From contig NW_026866180.1 of the NCBI RefSeq assembly GCF_026571515.1, positions 186,001 to 250,000 of the forward strand: a stretch of DNA of 64,000 nucleotides, in the 5' to 3' direction. Numbering within the stretch: the stretch's first letter is position 1; each line of letters opens with the position of its first letter. Shown here piece after piece: positions 13,401-26,000 of the stretch. The stretch comes from Ruditapes philippinarum (Eukaryota). Made by a program: the position numbers and the translations under genes. A model generated the notes under the pieces. It was not told the origin of the DNA. It ran no database searches and saw only the letters and a program-made list of their open reading frames with translations.

Positions 13401-16400
13401 TTTCATCTATTACAGAATATTTTGTCAGAAGCCGGGGTGGCAATATGTGTAAGGTAATGTGTAAAGTTCCTGTAAAAGCCTTGTTTCCAAGAAAGAAGAC
13501 AAAAGTAGAAAAAACATATTCAACACTGGGTTGCGCTGTCAGTTGCCTTGGAATGCTAGACACATATATGAGAAATGCCAGAAGAATATTCAGGTAAGCA
13601 ATATACTTTGAAAAAATATATATGCTTTTCTCTATGCTGTTTAAAAACATTGAAAATGAAGCCTACTGTATATAGTACACATTCAGGCACACACATTTTA
13701 GGTCAAAATGCACGACAAAAAAATCTATAAAAATGACCGTTTCATTCAGTTTTTTTTTTACTCTTTGTAAATACTTAACATAACGTCGAATTTTTGTTAG
13801 GTTGTATGCCAAACTGATAATTTTACAGATTATTTGGCGACTTTCCAGCTATATCGGTGGAGAAACTCAGGTGCCCCTCCATACTTGAGTTCATGCACGA
13901 TTGGGCACCTGAGTGGAACCACCGACGTTCCGTAAGCTAGCTGCATAGCTTCATCACATGTAAGATTCAAGGGCAACCGGTCAAAAGCCAAAGACCTTAA
14001 CCAACTGGTTATGTACACCCCTTCAAAATGTAAAATTGATTGAGCCGATGACAAAATGCTTTGTAGTAGCTTTAACACTTTACTTGAAGAAATTCCAAGC
14101 AATAATATAAATTTAAAAAACGAACTTCACAATTGGCTTTTAGATGCATGGCTACATGTGCAATGTTCGTCCTGCATTTTGTCTAATTGTCACATGGCAC
14201 TTTATCTAAAGATATTCTGTTCAAGAGTATAGTTAAAACGAGAGCATTAACAAATATCGTCTTGTAAAAATGTTCATTATAAACGTTGTAAAATAGTCAC
14301 ATGAGGTAACCAGCATGATAACTAACTCGTTACATATTGTTAGCCTAAATTATCATTGAGTTTGGAACAGTCCTTGAAACAACCCAATATGTGCTATTTG
14401 CACAATTAAATATACATTTGAATCATTTGTATCAGAGATTTTAATCACACAACAAAGGCAAGGAAAATGTCAGAAGCGGCTGTTCTAAGTATAGAAACAA
14501 TACTGTCACACAAAGAATTTGGCGGGAAACTGAGAAAATTCTTTGACCGTTATTTTAAAGAAATTGATGAAGCGGCAAAAGGAATTTCTGAATTTGTTAA
14601 GGTTAGTAGAGAAAATTGTTGAAATGAGGTAATATAAAGATGAGCATATTATTATTAAGATCTAAATTATCAAAAACTTAATTTAAATAAGATAAATACT
14701 ATAATGGTTAAGTGGTCAAGGCGCCGTGATGTTATATAATACATGCTTAATGATTTACATTGGTTAGTAATAAAAACAATGTTAGTACCTACTCATTAAG
14801 CATGTACAATGTATATATAATTATAATGTAAATAATAAGTCATAAAGGGCTTTGTTCTAAAACATTTGAAATGACATTACAGTTAAATTTTATATTTAAA
14901 AAACAACAAAAAAGGTAAAATTTTTGAACAAAATTCAGTAATTTTTTAATTTGATTTAAAAATTAAAGGGTTTTTAAATTTTACTATAAAAATATTACTG
15001 TATGTTGTAGTTAAAAACCTTAAAGACTTTAAATTTTTTTTAATTTCCCAAAAAAAAATAAATGGGGTTTTTGGGAAAAGATTTTTAAACCCAAAACCTT
15101 TCCAAAAAAAAATTTTTCTTTGTTTATTTATAAACTTTTTATTTTTCGAACATTTTCTTTTGAAAGGGTTAAAAAATTTATTTAAAAAAAACAATTCTTT
15201 AAATTTTATGGAAGAAAATAAGTACTTATAATTGTATTAAAAAATTCGTAAATATTTTTCTTATTAAAAGGGCGGATCAGCAGCTTATAGAAACTTTAAC
15301 CGGGACTAACATTGAAGAAGACGATTGTGTGAAGGAGAAACTCCCTGAATTAGTCAATGAAAGTGCTGAGCTTCTTGGCCAACTCGATATCTTCTTTATA
15401 AACGACATCATGAAGTTTGACTTTGAATTATCAGAGTTAGAATGGAACGATAAAAAGGAGCTTGGTAGCGGAAGTTTTACCAAAGTGTACAAGTCAAAAC
15501 TTACGCGAAAAAATAGACCAGTTGCAATAAAGGTGTGTATGTGGCAATACTTTATTTTGTTACTTGTAGAATATAACAAAGATCAACAAAGCATAGCAAT
15601 GTTTGCAAACCGCAGTCCGACAAAATCTAACAATAAGTGACCACAGCAAAGGCATCCTGCAGGTCAACGTACAAGGGCACTGACGGCGGACATGGGTGCG
15701 GCTTACCGATAAATGATACCATTTGTTTAAGATGATGTATATTTTTCCTTTTTCTATTGATAAATTCCAAGCTGCTTGGTCCATCACAATTTTCAGTATA
15801 TTCTTTTACACCATTTATATACTTCTCTTATTATTGGCCTAACAGCTATTACAATTAAAGTAATTGTTATGTTAAGATATAGAGAAATAAAAAAGGATTT
15901 TAAATGTTTTATTTTAGGTTGCCACTGACGTAGTCGACCAGTCCAATGTCACACAATTCCTCACCGAGGATAGAATCATGAGGTGAAATCATATTCTATG
16001 CTTTTACAGTTAAAACGTCCTGTACTCGTCAAATGTAGCGAAATGTGACAGTCAAATACATTAATGTCAAAACTGCAATGGGTGATATTGTTGTATGTTT
16101 GATATACACACGTATGTCTGATATCGAAATAGAAGTTACCAAATATCATTTTTATATATTAAACTTGACATTTAATACCTCGAAATTACATTAAACGATT
16201 ATTTACTTTTGTTATGTATTTCAATCAGACATATTCAGTTAAGATACAAAATAATTATTTTTTTGATAATTTCAGGGATTTGAAACATGCTAATATTGTC
16301 CGGTACTACGGTGCATCGTACATTAAAACAAGTAAAAGGTTTACAGTGGATTAAGGTGCTGGAGTTATGTCTGAAAACCTTAAAAACAAATCTATACTGG

Positions 16401-18109
16401 TTGTAAATTGATTTTTATTAACAATATTTTCAGCATTGAATCAGTTCAACAAGTCTTATAGGGACTCAGTGTAAAGCATTTTCATAAGTTTAGAATTTTT
16501 TGATGCAACGAAAGAAAGACTGCTACCAATTGTACACGCAAATACTATTCTTCCAAGTTCAAATAAGGTTTGAAATATGAAGGTATTATACATGTACATT
16601 CATGAGTTCAATACTAACATTAATTGGATGAGAACAAATAAAATGTATTAAAACGAAAGGGCTTGCGCTTTGAACGTGTTAAAAATTAAAAAAATTCCCC
16701 AATAATAAATTTTTACCTTTTTTTCATTTTTTAAATTTTTTTACCCCCTCTACAATAAAAATTGATAATAGTTTTTTCAGAAAAAGGAAAAAAAAAGGGT
16801 ATTAAATAGATAAATTTAATTGGAAAATAAAATTTAAAGAAACTATAAGGAAATGTGGGTAAAAAATTTGATATGGGTTTTTGTTTTCCGATAGGAAAAA
16901 GTTCTATTTGGGGGGCTGATTGGGTTATGTTGCATAGAAATTTAAACGAGGCTAAATTGTAAAGAATGGACACTAATGAATCTTTTTGGAACTTCAAATG
17001 TTTCAAAGGCTGGAAGTTCATTGGTTGCAAAATACTGTTTTGTATGTACAAGTTTTTATCCATTTAACTATTTATAAAAAAATCATATAAAACATGCAAA
17101 ACAAAATAAAATTAATTAATAAATCATAGGAAGCGAAAGAAATGAGAGCATGATTCCTGGTTGCCTACAGTGACCACCCACGATTTGCTGAAGCAGCCAA
17201 GTATATGATTGACCACGCCACCCAGATTTGTACTGGCCTGGACTACATTCATGGACAAAGATACACGCACAGAGACATAAAACTAAAAAACGTTCTGGTA
17301 AATACATACTACCTACTCGTAGTTTGAGTCAGGGTTTAGTTTTAATTTTTGAACTTGCCAACTATTTGATTGCATCGGCTTTATGCACTATATCGTTAAG
17401 AGTTTGAAACTCAAAAAGCGAGGTTTTTATTTATCTGCATGAATATCTTAACATAAGTGTGCTATTTGTTATCTCGAAATACTATTAGAAAATGAAGAAT
17501 TTACATGCTTCAAAATGTTTTGAGTAATATCAATGCTACACTACTTTAATTAATTCAATGGTGGCATTTATCATTTTGAAAGAAACAAAACTTTAAAAAA
17601 CTCCAAAGAAACAACCCAAAATCAAACCAAAGAAAGCAACGTTTTTCATTGTTCCAATCTTGAAATTATTTACGTTAGAGAAAGGGAAATGTTATAAATA
17701 AAGATTAATGGTCACCAAATAAACACGATCCTTTGTATAATGCAGATTTGGTTTCCTCGGCTTATTGCTTAATGGCAGGAAAGTTCTTCTGTCCAGTGAA
17801 ATACAAACAAACAAGATTGACATTTACAGTTTATCTCTCATATTCTGGGAAATGTGGTTTGGGAAGGATATAGCAGACGAAATCACTGAAGGTTTACTCG
17901 GGTTTGGTAACGATGAAAATGCAATGGAAGTACTCAAATCTCAGATTGCAAGGACAGATGGTTGGCGGCCACCGTTGAGTTCACCAACACGTCCGCCAGA
18001 AATGCTTACTGATGTATTAAAAAGGGGATGGGCTTCTGATCCTGAAAAGAGGCCAAGTGCAAATGAGTTTGGAAACACTTTGAAACAGTTTCTGAAGAAC
18101 AACCTTTAA
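7495..18109 (+). CDS. Copy B of the dynamin-like GTPase-kinase fusion gene (17 exons); frameshifts may be assembly errors or true pseudogenisation
   Basis: Exons: 7495-7704, 8895-9036, 9245-9514 (GDIGAGKTS), 9858-9967, 10254-10394 (DTPC), 10662-10856 (NKWE), 11453-11568, 11872-11998, about 12350-12462 (garbled), 13014-13231, 13416-13593, 14436-14601, about 15272-15532, 15918-15982, 16276 to about 16399 (frameshift), 17130-17297 (frameshift; HRDIKLKNVL), about 17675-18109 (5' part garbled). Exons 1-8 and 10-12 are open and colinear with copy C. Confidence 0.8.
13830..14010 (-). mobile_element. Degenerate SINE of the same family as 36607-36888, in intron 11 of copy B
   Basis: GGCGACTTTCCAGCT...CAGGTGCCCCTCC...GGGCACCTGAGTGGAACCACCGACGTTCCGTAAGCTAGC is a diverged reverse complement of the 36715-36840 segment. 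A more decayed copy is at the equivalent position in copy C (about 30910-31060). Confidence 0.7.
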
Positions 18110-18125
18110 CAAAGCATATAGACTT

Positions 18126-18318
18126 TCTGCGGATGTTTCTAAATTCAAAATTTCACACTTTTCGTGTTAAATGTTGAATTCTGCTTAAGCTGGTGCTAGG
18201 GTGCGTGGACGGTAACTTGCACTTTCCAGTACCGACCATGAACAGGCAAACCGAGCCTGCAACATTTTTAATTTTGTTTTGATGAACTTTCTTTAATGAT
18301 TCTGTTTTTTTCTATTTT
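18126..18318. mobile_element. Multi-hairpin interspersed repeat (non-autonomous element), inserted just after the stop codon of copy B
   Basis: Closely matches 35563-35761, 48730-48928 and 55709-55907. The empty site GACTTTACACAAC is seen after the stop of copy C (38342-38354), so the insertion is into a T run with no clear target-site duplication. Confidence 0.75.
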
Positions 18319-18827
18319 ACACAACTTTTTTTATGCCAGCTGAAAAAGTCTTAAGTAATTACACTGAATTGAACTACTGTCATGATATGCTATAAAGTGT
18401 TTCTGAAAGCTGTTAATTGAATTCAGAAACAAGCCCTTGTATATTTTCAAAAATTATTCTATTCAATGCTTGAAATGCTTGAAATAACAAGGAAGACTGT
18501 TTTTGTGTCATTTAGACAACTGTTAAGACTAACATATAGAATCAATCGAACAACAGAAGTGTACAATCATCAACATTTCTATTTATTTTTTAAATAACGT
18601 ATTATATCATATTATTCTTTGAACATATCACTCAATGTTAAGCATTTTTATTATAACAAATGTGAAAAAATTAAATGATTGAGGAGATCAAAGTTACACC
18701 TTTATGTCTTTCAAGAAATAGAAGAATGGAACTTTGTCTCATATAGAGACTGTTACATTCAATGTTCATTCATTTTTTTGTTTTACATTATGTTTTATTG
18801 ACAAATGGTTTTACCTTAAACACTCAA

Positions 18828-19846
18828 TATGATAAACAAGATCAACAAGGAAAGGCGGCGTTCAATGAACGCAACCCCCATATGACCCAGCAACAAGAAC
18901 CAATGGCAAGGAGCCCAGGCGAACCCCAAACAAAAACAGGACACGGCAAAGACAGAGCACGGACAGGTTAACCATTAAATGATAAATAATTTGTAACTGA
19001 TTAGGAATTCAAAGAAAATAATAATAGGCCCACAAGGGGAAGGGGACAGGAGACCGGGGGAAGGGGGGGGGGTTAATCAAAAAAAATAAAATATAGAGGC
19101 AATGGGAAAAGATACTTACCGTAGACGAGAAAAACAACAAGGACACAAGCAAAAGTGTCACCAAAACAGTATGAAACAACATAGACATACATCTGAGGAA
19201 CACAGTGGGGCGCCGCCTTGGAACGGTCAGCAGCATAATAATGACTGCTGGGGAGTTTAAACCGGTTAATGGTGCACCAAACCTCGCTCTTAGCCCCACC
19301 ATGTTCCTATAAACAAGACAGTGTAAATAAAATGAATCCCCGCCAAGTGAAATTCTAACAGTTGTCATGGTTACAAAAGGTTAAATAAGTAAAACACTAA
19401 AATGATCATGTAGAAACATATAAAAGTAAAACCCAATGACCATAACAAAAGTACTCAATGTCCTAAAGGAAGACAGAGCAACAAGAAAATCACCTACAAG
19501 GGCCCGACGAAGCAAGGCAGAAGACGAACATTAAGAAAAAATTCAGTCTCAAAGGGCTTTACGAACTATCCATCATAGAGTCTCCCACTTGGTCAGTCAG
19601 ATGCAATCAAAAGAGGAAAGCGTAGTGTCCAACTGTAAAAGGGTTGAACACTAAACATGCAGTATGTCTTAAGATAGTAGGGTCATAACCTCTTTTTAAT
19701 AAAACGTTTAATGATTTTAGTAAAACAGCAGGAAAAATTACCATGACCCAAAATCTTACGAAGTTTGTAAATCATATCGCCATAAAAACCAGGCTGGCTA
19801 ATCCCTTGTCGCAGAAGAGTTTTTAAATCACTATTGAATTTAGAAA
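18828..19846 (-). mobile_element. 5'-truncated retroelement 3' end, probably Penelope-like (C-terminus of the RT ORF plus 3' region)
   Basis: About 1 kb insertion absent from the paralogous flank of copy C (39601-39640). The minus strand encodes LISKFNSDLKTLLRQGISQPGFYGDMIYKLRKILGHGNF...IIKRFIKK, then after frameshifts GYDPTILRHTACLVFNPFTVGHYAFLFDC..DQVGDSMMDSS*. This resembles the C-terminus of invertebrate Penelope-like RTs, recognised from memory and not from a search. Confidence 0.6.
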
Positions 19847-20673
19847 TCAAACCTATAATTGTAAAGTGTTTAAAATACTTCATTTTGTATCTAATGCTCA
19901 TTTAACAGATTGTCTTAATACACAGTTTTGTTTTCGTGTGGATGCGTTATTTTATGCATAAATCACATTGAATCAAGATATGCGTTCATCTTTTTGTGTA
20001 ACCTATTTTTTTAAATATTTTTATAGAACCAAATTTTGGAATTGTGAACTTATCTATTATTCTTTAAAATTCATTAAACGGACAAACCAACCTAATAAAA
20101 ATTGAGGAATTGAAATTGTTGCATAAACAGTTTGATGAAGTCTAATCATGTATATCAATTGTAAATGCAATCTATCTTCCACATGAGCATGGTATTTAAT
20201 TATGGATTTTGAAACACCCGCAGATATATTCATACGGCAGTGACCATCAAAAGTTTAACGTGACCTTTTCAAGCCAGACAACAATATATATCCATACTTG
20301 AATTTCAAGTTTAACCAAATTTCTCTTGTTAGTTGCTCAAATTAAGTAGCGTTATATTGAAATATTGTCAAATAAATGCTTTATTGAAATAAATACTAGT
20401 GCTAGGCTACCACTACCTTCCAAGAACAGGTTCAATCAGACCGAGCCTGCAATATAGTTAATTTTGCGGTTTTTCGGCGTTCTTAGGGGACTTCGTAGCA
20501 GTATATTTTTTCAGCCGAAGACAGTCTAAAGTCTCTGAGACCTACTGTTAATTTGTTTAATTACCATATTCAATGCATATTGACGACATAAAATAATAAA
20601 ATGTGTTGTTTACCAACTTGATATACACACATTTATATTTCGGTGTTTAACAAATGTCCTATTTATTGTTTTA

Positions 20674-20805
20674 NNNNNNNNNNNNNNNNNNNNNNNNNNN
20701 NNNNNNNNNNNNNNNNNNNNNNNNNNNNNNNNNNNNNNNNNNNNNNNNNNNNNNNNNNNNNNNNNNNNNNNNNNNNNNNNNNNNNNNNNNNNNNNNNNNN
20801 NNNNN
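20674..20805. other. Assembly gap (132 N)
   Basis: Run of N. The paralogous position in the next unit (about 40955-41046) is an AAT/GAA microsatellite. Confidence 0.99.
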
Positions 20806-21029
20806 ATAATAATTAATAAAAACAAGATAAAAGACAAAAAAATATGAAAAGAAACTATGAAACCCAATAAACATGATAAAACACATTTTAAACTGCAGAT
20901 TTACAACCCCAAAGTAACAAGTCATACATCTGGATCAGTGTTAAGCTACAGTTATATAATCACGTGTGTCATTATTTACGCATTTTGTGATTTATTGCTA
21001 ATTTCACCCGACTGCAACTGTACAACCCA

Positions 21030-21455
21030 GTAGGAAAGTCATGACGTGTATATACGTTGGAATCCCGGATTCCACGCGAGTTCGAGCCCGGGTCATTGCA
21101 CCTATTTCACCGTGAAATTTATCGCCGATGCCAATACCTAAGTGTTGTATCTTGAATATCATTCGTCCTAGACTGCTGTGTTACAAATATGCGTGCGGTG
21201 GAGCATACCAGTTAATTCATGATAACAATAACTGGTTTATTAAAAATATTTACGCTGTCTTGAACAATAATGAAATATTTGATCCGTAAAACTCAGAACT
21301 TCCGCTTTTTAACCACTTGACAAATCTTTTAACGCAATTAAAAGACAAATTCGTTTAATCCATGTTTTAAAATTTTTTATTAAAAATTATTTATCTATAT
21401 TAGCCGGGACAGTGCTATATAAAACAATGGATAGTTTAAAATGCACCAGGTAAAT
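21030..21455 (+). promoter_or_regulatory. Conserved upstream block of copy C (candidate promoter/enhancer)
   Basis: Conserved with about 41260-41710 upstream of copy D. It contains TGACGT (CRE-like), the palindrome TGGAATCC-C-GGATTCCA (21058-21074), ACTTCCG (ETS-like, about 21298), CTATATAAAA (about 21415) and a CAG|GTAAAT donor-like site (21449/21450). Confidence 0.45.
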
Positions 21456-23083
21456 ATTTTATTTATATTCTTTCTTAAAATATGTCATTTGGTTATCTTT
21501 AAGTATATTTACTAACAATAATATAGTATCTAAGCAAGGACCTGCTGAAGTTAAAGGTGATAATCCTTTGCCCCTTCGGGGATTCTTTTTTTCTTTTTGC
21601 CCACAGTAAAGAGCCAGGCTAGCCTGGGTGCCTGTGCAGTCTGGCCAGACACTGTGCAGTTGGCTGGCTTACATTAAATCCCTTGTAAAATAATAGACAG
21701 TAACAAACATGAAAGTTAAACAAATCCCAGAGGTTCAGGGTAACAAGGTTAACTTGACATAGAAAACCGACATAGAAAAAGGTCATATGTTGACTTTCAG
21801 CTTTACTGATTTATGAACCTCGTATGTTCCTCTGTTCACGGAGGTCCTAATGTATACATTTTTTATTACGGTTATTATTTGTGACTTAGTATGTTATAAT
21901 TATTTCTAGCAATTGATTGTATTCTTTCAAAGTAGATACGCCAAAACACGGCATAATTGAAAATGTTGCAGTCTCAGTTTGATTTAAGTACATTCCCTGG
22001 ACAGTACAAACACAAAGAAATATGTACTTTAAATCATAAAGAGACAGAATCTCCTTTTCGATCGCTTGAACAAAATAAAGAATTTCAGGGTGTCGAGATA
22101 TAATTAGGACATGGGCACCATTCAACTTTGGAAATCATTATAAAAGTCTCAAATAAAAAAACAAAACAATATATATATATAAGGTAAATTATAGCGTTGT
22201 TTTGTATGGTAATATGTTGAATTATGAACCTGTATACAGTACATACATGTTTTAAAACGTCTTACTGACGATGTATAGCGCAATAAAAAATATATCAAAA
22301 TCAGGATAAATGATCCTAATGTTATTTTTATGGTTTATTCGGGGTAGTTGGAAGGTAGTGTAGCGTACGGATGTGTTGTGTGGGAATTAGGATGGCGGTG
22401 TGGGGTATTGCGGTGATGGTGTCGGGTAACTGAGGTGAAAGTGTCAGTATCTTGGCTCTGTGATTTGTAGATATTTGGGGTGATGGTTTGGAAATTGGGA
22501 TAAAGAAGATTGGAGTAATTTTCTGAGGTAGGGTATGGGCATTTGGTTGGTTGTATGTTGAGTATTAGGGGGCGTTGTTTTAGAGTAATTCTTGATGGGG
22601 TTAGAGGTTATTAGGGTGAGTTTCCAGGTGGTCACAGTCAATTGTATTGCCATTAATTGTATGTACATGCCCATTGAGAAGTATGCTTGTCATAAATTAT
22701 GTATATATCCATACAGAACAACCTGAGTTTAAAAAGCTTTAATGGAAAAGAGAGAAACTATGTCAATGAATATCCAGTTAAGATCACTGACGGTGGCCAA
22801 AAGGTTAAGATGACCGCGATTCAACTTAAGTTTAACCAGGACCAAGAACATTATGTTTTTCTATTAAAATTAGTTCCAAGAATTGGACCCAAAAGTGATT
22901 CAGGCTTTCGTTACAATTGAACTTAAATAGATATCTTAAAAACAAATTGTTCTGTAACATAGCTGCCTACCGAATATACAATGTGATTACACGCTATGAC
23001 ATGCTTATAAAACTTTTAATTCAAAACATCCAATGTTTTCTATTTTGAATATCATTAATAATTTAGCTACTCAACATAAGAAA

Positions 23084-26000
23084 ATGGCGGGAAAACAAGT
23101 GACGAAACAGGGTTCTCAAGAGATTCCTCATATACAATGTGCCGAGGATATATCACTGTTAAGTTTGCGACAGCTAAGTGCTCTAGCAAAATCTTGGGTT
23201 GTAGATGTGTCAGGACTTGGACAAAAGAAAGACATAGAGGAAAAACTGATCAAATTCTGGATGAGTCACAAGAAAGAGGAAAAGTCCGACATTGTAAGTC
23301 AATCATGTTTTACTAGGAGTTTTAATATAAAATGTGCTGAAGCTTTATCACTGTTAGTTTTCAGACAACTAAGCGCTGTAGCAAAATAGGTAAAGTTGGT
23401 GTGTCAGGAGTAAAATCTAAAGTTGGCTTAGATGACATAATAATCTATTTTTGTTTAGAATATAAGGGAACTTCCGACAATGTACTTTCATCATGTTTTA
23501 TTGTTTGTTTTTGAATAAGTAAAAGGTGTTTTTTCACGACGTCGCTTATTAAGTGTCATCACTTACCTCGGAGCAATTGCCACAACAACAACAAAAATGA
23601 TTATTCAAATTACATGAATCAGAAGACCTAAAACTGACACCATTGATAATTTGACACGACGGTATTTCTAATAATAAGAGCTTTTTAACAATATAATGAA
23701 GTTCTGGATGCAACTATTCTGATTTGATGCTCACTTTGTTTTTTTTATGTTTATTTTGATAGTGTAAAATGAAAAGCATATTTCCGCCTTTTTCTCAAAG
23801 CTGGCTATATTTGTATTTTGTCCTTTGCATATTTTGTACCTTAGTGTACTCCTTTGAATGTAAACCGTTACATAAGGATACACTATCGAGAAATTGATTG
23901 AGGTAAATGTCTAAAATCTTGTAAGAACGTTTCAGTATCGAACGATGTTGTTCTGCCTCTATGAAAAAATATGGACATAGTAAGTAATAAATGTTCAGAA
24001 ATGCACAATGGCTAGACCGTTCCTTAGCATCTTTATTTGTAGGAAAAAATAAGTTTTTATTATTAAATGTTAAGAAAGCTTTAAAATTTAACTCGAGCTA
24101 CATTCATATATTAAGATCTAGTATTTTAAAACCTAAACTTGAATAAATGAGGGTGTAACAACATTTACCGTGAGATTGTTGATTAAAGTTTTACAGATAA
24201 TCGACATGTCTGGTCCTTGTGTAGTCTTTTTACTTTTTGCTCTTTATTAATTTTGTAAATAAATGAATAAGAATGGATTTGCGTCATCTGTTGAAATTTC
24301 GCACGGAATCGACCTGGTGATAATTCATAATGTTCTATAAATATATATTTTCTAAGATATTAAAAAACAAATTAAAACTATGTAATTCATAAGTAGGACA
24401 TTATAACCACTACGTAGGAGATAAGATGCCGAATTATGATCACTTTTTTCATAGATATTTGCCTTATTGATTGAATTTGTTGTTGATAATTGTTCGCGTG
24501 TGTCATATGACAGAATAAAGTTATAGCCGATGCCGATTCCTTGTATGGTCAGTAAGTTTTTGTTCTTTAAACGTTTAACTGTGAATTTAAGCTTTTCTAG
24601 GACCAAAAAATTTTTTTCCCTCCAATATTAGTTCAAGAAATTAGACCGAGAGTGATTCAAGCTTTCGTTACAATATCGTTATCGCTTAGTCAAATCACAG
24701 TTTATCGTTCGGATGCACATTATTATATAATTCCTTGCATCCGAACTCAAAACAGTGATTTTATTTAGCGATAAAACCGCTGTGTTTGATGTATGATTTC
24801 TTAATTAATCTTTATATACATAATCAGATGTATCAAATTGCGATAAATGGAATCACAAAGATACAGAAAAACAAAATATTAATAACAAAATCCACCCAAA
24901 ACGGCAAAATTTGAAAATGCTGCAGACTCGTTCTCATTGCGCCTCACACTTTATTGACTTGAACCTAAATGTTTTTTACGCCCCATAAAAAATCTTTATT
25001 ATACTAGTAATATTCACAATGTTCTTTCGGCTGTAACTTTGCTATCAATGCTTCCGTTAAATAGCTGTCTTATTTATTTTTATGATTCTAATGATATTTC
25101 AGTCACTTTGTACGCAGCCAAAAGTACACCTTATAAAATGCTTCATTTGAAAACTTTAGATAAAATACAATACATTTTATCTAATGTCCATTCATATTCA
25201 TTAAATCTGCAGGACATAAACCGACAAAGCAAATACCATGTATACAATAAACACAACAAACAAAATGCAGAAGTAAAGGAAAAGAATGTTGATAAGAAAA
25301 TTAAACTGTTTTGAACACCCAGGAGACATGTATAAACAGACATGGTACCTGAAAAATTAATACGAAACTTCAAGAGAATAGGCAAATAGTAGATAAGGAA
25401 CATAAATCATAATTTATTAAAATCTTATAGAAACAAAAACACAACAAATTGGAGCAGCAGCAAACAAAACAAATTAAAATAGTTTTAAGCTCGTCAAACA
25501 TAGTTAATTCGATGTTGTTGATTGCAGACATAAATTCAAGCTTCATTTGCAAGAGCGTATGGACAAATTAATGTATGTAACACAACTATATCAATAAAAC
25601 ATATATGTATTGTGTGTGTTGCATCCAAGTATAAACTCACACACACATCATATCTGCGAATAAACTTTCATACAGTAACAATAACGATATTTGATATTAA
25701 AGGCGTGGCTTAATCTATATTGTAGACTTGCATACTACAGTTAGGTTGACCAAAATGTGTTACAGACTTGTCTATTCAATAATTCAATATTTCATTAACT
25801 TCAGTGGGAACCCCCTGATCTTGCTAGTGCCTTCAAGGAGCATCAACAGACACGACAAAAATTGCTCGAGAAGTACCGGAAAGCTGAGGCATTGTATGTA
25901 AACTTCACACCAAAAATAAAAGCAAATATTGAACTGTCCTTTCATAGTAAGTCATTTACAAATCTAATAAAATTATAAAGAACAATTTCTGTAGATCAAA

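Noticed and set aside
14946-17063. F/K/N-rich ORFs 14946-15194 and 16731-17063
   Set aside because: They are products of homopolymer-garbled intron sequence.
19190-19215. Hammerhead ribozyme core (CTGAGGA) in the Penelope-like fragment
   Set aside because: I could not find a correctly placed GAAA with the three supporting stems, and the motif is on the strand opposite the element's ORF.
20610-20925. ORFs spanning the N run
   Set aside because: They are artefacts of the assembly gap.
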